NCBI GenBank assembly: GCA_963761335.1 | Contig: CAVXGR010000025.1 | Coordinates: 32,001-96,000 of the forward strand | Origin: an uncultured delta proteobacterium | GTDB lineage: Bacteria > Desulfobacterota > Binatia > HRBIN30 > BPIQ01 | Direction of reading: 5' to 3' | DNA length: 64,000 nucleotides | Part shown: positions 20,569 through 27,897 of the stretch, piece after piece | Numbering within the stretch: the first letter of the stretch is position 1 | Layout of the letters: each line of letters begins with the position of its first letter | Made by a program: the position numbers and the translations under genes | Notes under the pieces: model-generated | Told to the model about the DNA's origin: nothing | The model's database searches: none | Seen by the model: the letters and a program-made list of their open reading frames with translations, nothing else

Positions 20569-21228
20569 ATGACACGGCGGGCGGAAGAGAGGCACAGCGA
20601 GGTGCGCATTCCCTCCGACGGGGTCCAACTGCAGGGGGAGCTGCGGCTGGCCGACGGAGCCCGCTCGGTGGTGCTGTTTGCGCACGGCAGCGGCAGCAGT
20701 CGCCACAGCCCGCGGAACCAGCACGTCGCCGAGATCATCCGTCACGCCGGCATCGGCACGCTGCTCTTCGATCTGCTGACCCCCGAAGAGGAGACCCTCG
20801 ACATGCGCACCGGGCACCTGCGATTCGACATCGGCTTGCTGGAGCGCCGCCTGATCGATGCCACCCGATGGCTCGATACCGGCGCCGGCCTGGCCGATGC
20901 CGCTGTCGGCTACTTCGGTGCCAGCACCGGTGGTGGCGCCGCGCTGGTGGCCGCCGCTGAGCTCGATGAACGCGTCGGCGCCGTGGTCTCGCGCGGCGGT
21001 CGCCCCGATCTCGCGGGAGCCGCTCTGGCGCGCGTCTCCGCCCCGACCCTGTTGATCGTCGGCGGCCTGGACAACGTCGTCATTGGCCTCAATCGCGAGG
21101 CATACGAGCGCCTCTCGTGTCGCAAGGAGCTCCGCATCGTTGCCGGGGCCACGCATCTGTTCGAAGAGCCCGGCACCCTCGACGAGGTCGCCCGCCTGGC
21201 GCGGGTCTGGTTCGAGCGCTGGCTTTAG
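20569..21228 (+). CDS. Dienelactone hydrolase-family alpha/beta hydrolase
   Basis: FAHGSGSSRHSPRN, GYFGASTG nucleophile elbow, VSRGGRPDLA and ATHLFEEPG. Confidence 0.88.
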   Translation: MTRRAEERHSEVRIPSDGVQLQGELRLADGARSVVLFAHGSGSSRHSPRNQHVAEIIRHAGIGTLLFDLLTPEEETLDMRTGHLRFDIGLLERRLIDATRWLDTGAGLADAAVGYFGASTGGGAALVAAAELDERVGAVVSRGGRPDLAGAALARVSAPTLLIVGGLDNVVIGLNREAYERLSCRKELRIVAGATHLFEEPGTLDEVARLARVWFERWL

Positions 21229-21356
21229 GGATCTCCCTCGCTGGCGGGCGTGTAAGACTTCCAATTCCTGAGAATCAGCGCGCCGATAAGCCGCGCCGAC
21301 CCTGTCGCCGCGGAGTGGCACGAGGGTGGCTCGACACTCGGCGGGAGGAGCTTGCC

Positions 21357-21695
21357 GTGGATACCCAAACGCGAATGGAACTGGAGCGGGAGCTACGCCG
21401 GCGGCGCGACGAGCTTCTGCGGGACGTGAGCGGGGTTTCCGCCGACCTGCGCATCATTGAAGAGGATCGCGAGTCGGAGCTCGAGGAGCGGGCTCAGGAG
21501 CAGCAGCAGGCGCGGTCGCTCGACAGCCTCGAGGAGCACGACCGACGAGAGATCGAGGAGATCGACAGGGCTCTGCGCCGTATGGCGGATGGCTCGTACG
21601 GCAACTGCGCCGAATGCGGCGAGCCGATCGAGATCGAGCGCCTGCGCGCCGTGCCGACGGCTCTGCGCTGTATCGAATGCGTTCGCGGGAAGTGA
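21357..21695 (+). CDS. TraR/DksA C4-type zinc finger protein
   Basis: Coiled coil followed by YGNCAECGEPI..ERL.AVP...RCIEC. GGAGGAG RBS before GTG. Confidence 0.88.
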   Translation: MDTQTRMELERELRRRRDELLRDVSGVSADLRIIEEDRESELEERAQEQQQARSLDSLEEHDRREIEEIDRALRRMADGSYGNCAECGEPIEIERLRAVPTALRCIECVRGK

Positions 21696-21707
21696 TCGGC
21701 GACAAGA

Positions 21708-21756
21708 GTCGAAGCGGCGTCCCGCGGCGTCGAAAGCGCCGGGACGCCGCTTCTGC
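21708..21756. repeat. Single diverged REP doublet (same family as the 7361-8908 array)
   Basis: GTCGAAGCGGCGTCCC...GAAAGCGCCGGGACGCCGCTTCTGC with a 13-bp perfect outer stem, between convergent genes. Confidence 0.8.
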
Positions 21757-21776
21757 TCCGAAGCGCGGCGGTACGC

Positions 21777-22325
21777 CTACTTCATTCCCTTCTCGATGAC
21801 GCCGCAGGCAATGCGGTCGCCGGCGTTCCCGGCCGGATCGCTCTTGTAGTCATCCGCACCGGCGTGCACCACCAGCGCCGAGCCGTCCTTGTCGAAGACG
21901 CTGTTCTTGCCCTGCAGGGTTGCGTGCGGATCGAAGATGTCGACCTTCAGCTTGCCGGAATCGGGGACGTCGATGTTGGGGAGGTCGCCGGCGTGATAGC
22001 CCGCTGCCTCCTCGAACCCGTGGTGCTTCTTCATCGGGTTGAAATGTCCGCCTGCCGACTTGAAGGGGGGCTCGCACTTGCCGGTCTCGTGAATGTGAAA
22101 GGCGTGCGTGCCGGGAGGAAGGTTGGTGAAATCGGCGTGAATGAGCACGCCGTTCGGTGTGCCTTCGAGGGTCGCCTCGCCGACCACTTTGCCCTCGGCG
22201 TTCTTCAGGGTTGCGTGCGCCGTCTCCATCTTGCCCTTGCTGGCCATGGGCTCCTCGGCCCATGCGGCGCCGATCAACCCCAGTACTGCCAACCCACAAG
22301 CCACTGTTGCGATGCGCTTCATCAT
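21777..22325 (-). CDS. sodC: Periplasmic Cu/Zn superoxide dismutase
   Basis: Signal peptide. HAFHIH, GGHFNP, HAGDLPN, VVHAGADD and GDRIACG, with metal ligands and Cys pair present. Confidence 0.95.
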   Translation of the reverse strand: MMKRIATVACGLAVLGLIGAAWAEEPMASKGKMETAHATLKNAEGKVVGEATLEGTPNGVLIHADFTNLPPGTHAFHIHETGKCEPPFKSAGGHFNPMKKHHGFEEAAGYHAGDLPNIDVPDSGKLKVDIFDPHATLQGKNSVFDKDGSALVVHAGADDYKSDPAGNAGDRIACGVIEKGMK

Positions 22326-22415
22326 GCGTCCCTCCTTTTCCGCGCGGTCACGCTGCGTTGAACAGCCGCGGATTCTGCCACAGTAAAGCCGCGGAGTCGA
22401 CCATGCGGGGAAAGA

Positions 22416-22754
22416 TCAGGCGGCGCGCTTGGATCTGGTGCGCCGCTTCGCCGGTTTCGATTCCGCCGTCTTCGCTGACTTCGCGGCCGTTCGCCTCTCG
22501 CCCTTGCTCCCCTGCAGACTGCGGCGCAGGCGTTCCATCAGGTCTACCACCTCGCCGCCCCGCGCCGGCTCTTCGGTCTCCAGCTTGGGCTTCTTCCCCT
22601 TCCTCTTCGCCTTGATCACGCGCAGCAGGTTCTCCTGGTACTCGTCCGCGTACTTCTCGGGGGACCACGGCCCGGCGAGGCTCTCGATCAGGACCGCGTA
22701 GCCTCGCTCGCCTCCCTTCCCGGGAACCAGGTAGTACGAGGTGGCTTTGCCCAA
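22416..22754 (-). pseudogene. ku: Ku (NHEJ) remnant lacking the N-terminus and with an internal deletion
   Basis: YYLVPGKGGERGYAVL (mid-Ku) is joined directly to IESLAGPWSPEKYADEY...VVDLMERLRRSL and a basic tail (Ku C-terminus). Confidence 0.78.
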
Positions 22755-23100
22755 CGAATCGAGCCCACGGGGCCGCCGCCGAAGGTTGTTAGGTTTTTAC
22801 GTTGTTGGTTGTTGGTAAGAAGGGGCGATTGACCTAACAACGTAGCAGCCAACAACCCGCCCGCAGCCGGGTGTTGACCCGGCAACAGCGACGGATGCCG
22901 CGTCGTTCGGGTAACGCGCATGCCGGCGCAGAACCGTATGACCTGTGAACGGAGAGCAGGATGGAGCTGCAAGACCTACACGGAAGCGGAGCATGCACGG
23001 CTCCTTGCCCTTCGGCCAGATGCGGGGGCGTGCGGCGCCGAGTTGGCACGCCATATGCGGCAGGCACAAATTGAAAGTTCTCTTCGGAGGAGGTGACCGA

Positions 23101-23400
23101 ATGCCTTCAGCGTGGACAGCAAAAGAGGAGCGCCAGTACGAGCACATCAAGAAGAGCGCCCGGAAGCGCGGCCGCTCAGCCAGCCGGGCCAAGGAGATCG
23201 CCGCCCGTACGGTGAACAGGGAGCGGCGGCAGCGAGGCGAGACGCCCAACAAGAAGACCCAGGGTACCGGCAATCCGAACACATCCCTGGGCGAGCGGAC
23301 AGTGAGGGAGCTGCGCAATCGCGCCTCGGGGCTCGACATCGAAGGGCGGAGCAAGATGAACAAGGCGGAGCTGGTTCGCGCCATTCGCCGTCACAGCTGA
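23101..23400 (+). CDS. Small basic stress-associated protein with C-terminal Rho-N-like domain
   Basis: ERQYEHIK...AKEIAARTVN and IEGRSKMNKAEL motifs. GGAGGAGG RBS. Confidence 0.8.
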   Translation: MPSAWTAKEERQYEHIKKSARKRGRSASRAKEIAARTVNRERRQRGETPNKKTQGTGNPNTSLGERTVRELRNRASGLDIEGRSKMNKAELVRAIRRHS

Positions 23401-23448
23401 GGCGATTGGCGAAGTGCGTATCGGCGGCTATCCACGCAGTGTCCTCAC

Positions 23449-24408
23449 ATGAACGACCGCGCTAATGGTCAGCCGTTCGGCGGCGCATTCAACGCGAACC
23501 GTCGATCCCACACGGCATCGCCGACGGCGGGTTCGCGCTCCTCCGCCGACGGCTCGCGGCTGCATCCGCATGCCCGTCGCTTCTTCCGGCGGATTCTTTC
23601 CACCATCAATTCCTCCGGGGTTCCGACGCTGGTCGGCGGCGATTTTGCTCTCGAGTGCTTTACCAGCATCAGCCACCGAAGCAAGAATCTGGAACTTTTC
23701 GTTCGGCCGGGCGATCGGCACCAGCTCCTGGACGTCCTCGCGGATGCCGGCTTCGAGACGCAGATGGCGCATCCGCACTGGCTGGCGAAAGTGTTCCGCG
23801 GCGACGACGTCGTCGATCTCGTCTTCAACTCCGGAAACGGGGCGGTTCCCGTCGACGACGACTGGTTCGAGTGCGCCGTGCCAAGCGACATCGTGGGCGT
23901 GCCGGTGATGCTCTGTCCGATCGAGGAGACGATCTGGTCGAAGGCATACGTGATGGAGCGCGAGCGCTACGACGGTGCCGACGTTGCCCATCTCTTGCTC
24001 TGCCACGGGGCGAAGCTCGACTGGCGGCGGCTGCTGCGTCGCTTCGGGCCGCACTGGCAGCTGCTGCTGACGCACTTGGTGCTCTTCTCTTTCATCTACC
24101 CGGAAGAGAGCAGGCATCTGCCGGCCTGGCTCGTCGAGGAGCTGCTCTCGCGCCTGCGCACCCAGCAAGAAGAGGGCGACGCCAAGGTCTGCCGGGGCGG
24201 CCTGCTGTCGCGCGCCCAGTACATCGTCGATTTCGAGCGCTGGCGTTACCTCGATGCTCGTCTGTATCCCCACGGCATGATGTCAGCCGCGGAGATCGCC
24301 GAATCGACGCGGACGATCGACGAGCCCCATTCGCCCACGGAGGAGCGGCACGCCTTTGCGGAGCGCATGGAGGCCGAGGCGGAGCGGCGGGGAGAGAACA
24401 AGGGATGA
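23449..24408 (+). CDS. Nucleotidyltransferase-fold protein with degenerate catalytic motif
   Basis: LVGG, HWLAK, VDLVFNSGNG, IWSKAYVMERERYDGADV. The usual KDLD reads KNLE. Start uncertain. Confidence 0.72.
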   Translation: MNDRANGQPFGGAFNANRRSHTASPTAGSRSSADGSRLHPHARRFFRRILSTINSSGVPTLVGGDFALECFTSISHRSKNLELFVRPGDRHQLLDVLADAGFETQMAHPHWLAKVFRGDDVVDLVFNSGNGAVPVDDDWFECAVPSDIVGVPVMLCPIEETIWSKAYVMERERYDGADVAHLLLCHGAKLDWRRLLRRFGPHWQLLLTHLVLFSFIYPEESRHLPAWLVEELLSRLRTQQEEGDAKVCRGGLLSRAQYIVDFERWRYLDARLYPHGMMSAAEIAESTRTIDEPHSPTEERHAFAERMEAEAERRGENKG

Positions 24409-24432
24409 CGGAAGGCGGGGAGCTACCGGAGC

Positions 24433-25440
24433 TCACGCGATTTCCCAGATACCGCCGGCGAGGGCGACCGCGGCGGCGCCGACCAGGGCCAGGATATTTC
24501 GGTGCTTGCTCAGCCACAGCTGCGAAGATCGGTAAGAGGCGCGATCGTCGAATCTTCCATGGGCGCCGTGATCTCCGGGAACGGGCGTCCATAGATTGTC
24601 TGGCCGGGCCGGGTCGCGCGGCTGATCCGTCTGCTGAGACTCGAACCCGGTTCGCGCCAGGTAGTGATCGGCGACCGCGGGCGCCAGCTTGTTGCCGATC
24701 ACGGTCATCACGGTAGGCCAGCCGACGAAGAACTCCCGCCGGGGATGGTGCGCGGCGTAGAAGATGGCGTCGGCAGGAACCTCGGGCTGGTAGATCGGCG
24801 GTACTGGTTGTCCTTCCTTCGGCAGCCGGCTCTTCACCCAGCCGAACTGCGGCGTGTTCACCGCCGGCAGGTTGACGACGGTGACTCGTACGTGAGAGCG
24901 GTCGTGCATCAGCTCGGCGCGCAGCGATTCGGTGAATCCGATGATCGCGTGCTTGGCCGCGCAGTAGGACGATTGCAGCGGTATGCCGCGATAGGCCAGG
25001 GCCGAGCCCACCTGGACGATCACGCCGCGATCGCGAGGAAGCATGCGCTTGAGCGCTGCCAGGGTTCCGTGAACCACGCCGAGATAGGTCACCTCGGTGA
25101 CTCGCCGATACTCGTCCGGCTGCATCTCCTTGACCTCGGAGAACACCGAGGTCATGGCGTTGTTCACCCAGATGTCGATGGGTCCGAAGCGCTCCTCGAC
25201 GGCGCCGGCGGCGCGCTCTACGGCCTCGGCGTCGGCGACGTCGGCGGGAAGGACGATGGCCTCGCCGCCCAGCTCCTCTACCTCTCGCTGCGCCGCCCGC
25301 AGGCCCTCTTCGCCGCGCGCCATCAGCCCGATGCGCGCCCCCCGGCGCGCAAACCGGCGGGCCGTAGCGCGCCCGACACCGGCGGAAGCGCCGGTGATCA
25401 CTACGATCTCTCTGCAGTTCTGCACGGGGGTGGTCAGCAT
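24433..25440 (-). CDS. SDR family oxidoreductase
   Basis: ITGASAGVG, WVNNA, GSALAYRGIPLQSSYCAAK and HGAHGRFD tail. Start placed at ATG 25440. Confidence 0.9.
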   Translation of the reverse strand: MLTTPVQNCREIVVITGASAGVGRATARRFARRGARIGLMARGEEGLRAAQREVEELGGEAIVLPADVADAEAVERAAGAVEERFGPIDIWVNNAMTSVFSEVKEMQPDEYRRVTEVTYLGVVHGTLAALKRMLPRDRGVIVQVGSALAYRGIPLQSSYCAAKHAIIGFTESLRAELMHDRSHVRVTVVNLPAVNTPQFGWVKSRLPKEGQPVPPIYQPEVPADAIFYAAHHPRREFFVGWPTVMTVIGNKLAPAVADHYLARTGFESQQTDQPRDPARPDNLWTPVPGDHGAHGRFDDRASYRSSQLWLSKHRNILALVGAAAVALAGGIWEIA

Positions 25441-25755
25441 CAATACTCGTGCCGGGTGGACCCTTCGATGCGGAGCATTGCTGACTCGGGCTCGCCGTGG
25501 CGGCGCGGCGCAGGAGTTCGACAAACGAACGGAAGGAATTACATTCGCGGATTCTCGATACGTGCCCCCGCACACGCCTGTGGCGCGCCAGCCTCCGCCC
25601 CCGCCGCCACGCCACCGCGGGCCCGGCGAAATTTCCTGTTAACGAAGGCGCTTCTGCTTGCTACTCTCCGGCGCCGCCAAAACGTTCCGCGGGTGGAGGT
25701 TGGGGATGGTTGCAGAAGAGAATGGGGGGCGAAACGTGCCCTTTGCGAAGGGAAC

Positions 25756-27483
25756 ATGAAGGTCTGGCTGCTGCTGCTGGCACTTCTGTGCGGGGCGTTC
25801 GCCCTGAGCGCGCCGGTGCGCGCCGAGGTCGTCGTCACGGTCAACGGGGGCAGCGGCGCACCCGGCGATTCCGTGAAGGTCGATCTCTTGCTTCGCGCCG
25901 ACGGAGGCGAAACGATCTCCGCGATCGACACGACTCTCCACTTCGACCCCAAGGCCATCCCAGCCGGCGTGAAGGGCACAGGGCGGCCCGCATGCCAAGG
26001 GGGGATGGTGGGGACATTCGCCGCCAGCGCCTTCGGACCCCTCGGCTGCGACCCCTCCCGCCACCAGTGTACCTCAGTGCGCATCGTCATCCTCGGGATC
26101 GAGGCGCCGCAGGCCATCGCCGAGGGCGTCCTCGCCTACTCGTGCACGATGCAAATTCTGCGCAGTACCGGGCCGGGCCGCTACGCGCTCACACTGAGCG
26201 GCGCCGAGTACGCCACGCCCGCTGGGGAAGCTTACCCGGCGACCGTCGTCGATGGCAGCATCGAGGTGCTGCCCCCCGGCGGCGACCCGACCCCGACCCC
26301 ACAGGGGGCGCGCACTCCAGCATGCACCGGTGACTGCGACGGCAGCGGCTCCGTCTCCGCCGACGATCTCACCGCTTTCAGCCGCGCCCTCTTCGATGCC
26401 GATGCGGTGAGCGGCTGCACGGTCGACGATCCGCCGCAGCCGCTTTCGGTGGCCCGTCTGGTGGCGGCGGTGAAGAACGCCGCCGGCACCTGCCACAGGC
26501 TGCCGACGCCGTCGTCGACCGCAACGCTCGAGCCCACGGCGCCGCCGCCGACGGCATCGCCGAGCCCACGTCCGACGAACAGCCCGACGCCCACCATGAC
26601 GCCGCGGCGCGCTTCGACCCGCACCCCGACGGCGCCGAAGCCGGCGACCTCGAGCCCAACCGGCACGCGCACGGCGACTCCGAGCCGCACCCGGTCGGAA
26701 ACGCGTACGCCGACGCGGACGCGCTCGGCGACCCGCACCCGCACGCCGACGCGGACGCGCACGTCAACCAAGTCGTCGACGCCGACGCCGTCGCTGACAC
26801 CGAGGCGCACTCCCACGGCCTCGGCCTCCCCGAGCGCAACGCCGATGGTGACGCCGACAGCGACTGGTGCCGGCGAGCTGGCTGCCAGCCCGACGCCGAC
26901 ACCCAGCCCGGATGGCTTCATTGGCCCGGAGATCACCTTCATGGGCCTGGCCCAGGCAGACAACGCCCTGCTGCAGCCGCTCGGCGCAGACGGCTCGGGA
27001 GTGCCGGTCTACGGCGGCCTCTTCGGCTTCGGGTTCCGACTGCTTGTCGAGGGTCGCCCGGGCCCCTCGCTGCAGGCCGTCGGCACTCGCAGTCGCGCCG
27101 CGAGCGACGACGAGCTCCCCGATCTGCTGATCGAGGTCGATCGCCCGCTCGGGGACGGCGATCCGCGGCCATGTCGCAACGGTGTGCCGGCCATCGATCC
27201 GCCGGGCTTTTCTCCGGCAGACGCCAACGCCTTCAACGATCTCGGCTGCCGTTTCATCGACGGCAGCGGTCTGCCGCGCGGCCGGGCTCTGTCGAGTGGC
27301 TGCGTCTTGCTGGCCCAGGGCGGCTATGGCTTCGCCTCGAGTGCCTCCGCGATTCAGTTCTGTGCGCAGATTCCGTCCTCGCTCTCCTTCCCGCGGGGAG
27401 ACACGCTGGTCACCGCCCGCCTTCGCGACCGCGACGGCAACCTCGGAAGCGCGGCGCAGATCATCGTCCGTGTTCCCCTGTGA
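25756..27483 (+). CDS. Secreted protein: cohesin-like domain, dockerin-like loop, Thr/Pro/Arg-rich linker and unknown Cys-containing C-domain
   Basis: Signal peptide (PVRA|E). GAPGDSVKVDLLL...DGSIEV beta-sandwich, CTGDCDGSGSVSADDL calcium-loop motif and an ~130-aa TPT/TRT linker. Confidence 0.7.
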   Translation: MKVWLLLLALLCGAFALSAPVRAEVVVTVNGGSGAPGDSVKVDLLLRADGGETISAIDTTLHFDPKAIPAGVKGTGRPACQGGMVGTFAASAFGPLGCDPSRHQCTSVRIVILGIEAPQAIAEGVLAYSCTMQILRSTGPGRYALTLSGAEYATPAGEAYPATVVDGSIEVLPPGGDPTPTPQGARTPACTGDCDGSGSVSADDLTAFSRALFDADAVSGCTVDDPPQPLSVARLVAAVKNAAGTCHRLPTPSSTATLEPTAPPPTASPSPRPTNSPTPTMTPRRASTRTPTAPKPATSSPTGTRTATPSRTRSETRTPTRTRSATRTRTPTRTRTSTKSSTPTPSLTPRRTPTASASPSATPMVTPTATGAGELAASPTPTPSPDGFIGPEITFMGLAQADNALLQPLGADGSGVPVYGGLFGFGFRLLVEGRPGPSLQAVGTRSRAASDDELPDLLIEVDRPLGDGDPRPCRNGVPAIDPPGFSPADANAFNDLGCRFIDGSGLPRGRALSSGCVLLAQGGYGFASSASAIQFCAQIPSSLSFPRGDTLVTARLRDRDGNLGSAAQIIVRVPL

Positions 27484-27542
27484 GGCGACGCTGGCGGCAC
27501 ACTGTCGCCAGTGACATAAGGAGGGGGGCGAGGGGACGCAGG

Positions 27543-27869
27543 GTGGGCGATTGGAGCGAGCTACTCAATGGACCGCTGGCGGGCCTCGGCTTCGGGGGTG
27601 CGGCGGGTGCGGTGGTCGGCTATGCCGCCAAGAAGATGACCAAGCTGGTGGCGATTCTGCTCGGCGTTCTCTTCATCCTCATCCAGGCGCTCGTCTATCT
27701 CGGCTGGATCACCGTCCACTGGGAGGCCGTGCAGACGGCGGCGGAGGGCGTCTGGAGGGGCCCCCAGGGGGTCACCCTGGCGCAGCGCGCCATCGACGTG
27801 ATCACCTTCAACCTGCCCTTTGGCGGCGGTTTTCTCGTCGGCTTTGCAATCGGCTTCAAGCTCGGCTGA
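27543..27869 (+). CDS. FUN14 family membrane protein
   Basis: GLGFGG..G.VVGYAAKK..K...ILLG..FILIQ.L.Y.GWITVHW...NLPFGGGF.VGF.IGFKLG pattern. Confidence 0.82.
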   Translation: MGDWSELLNGPLAGLGFGGAAGAVVGYAAKKMTKLVAILLGVLFILIQALVYLGWITVHWEAVQTAAEGVWRGPQGVTLAQRAIDVITFNLPFGGGFLVGFAIGFKLG

Positions 27870-27897
27870 ACTGCCGCTGCGGGCTAGCCGCTGCGGG

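Noticed and set aside
24664..25755. N-terminal extension of the cohesin protein
   Set aside because: Antisense to the SDR gene. The signal peptide begins at ATG 25756.
26500..26910. DNA repeat element
   Set aside because: Low-complexity codons of a Thr/Pro/Arg protein linker.
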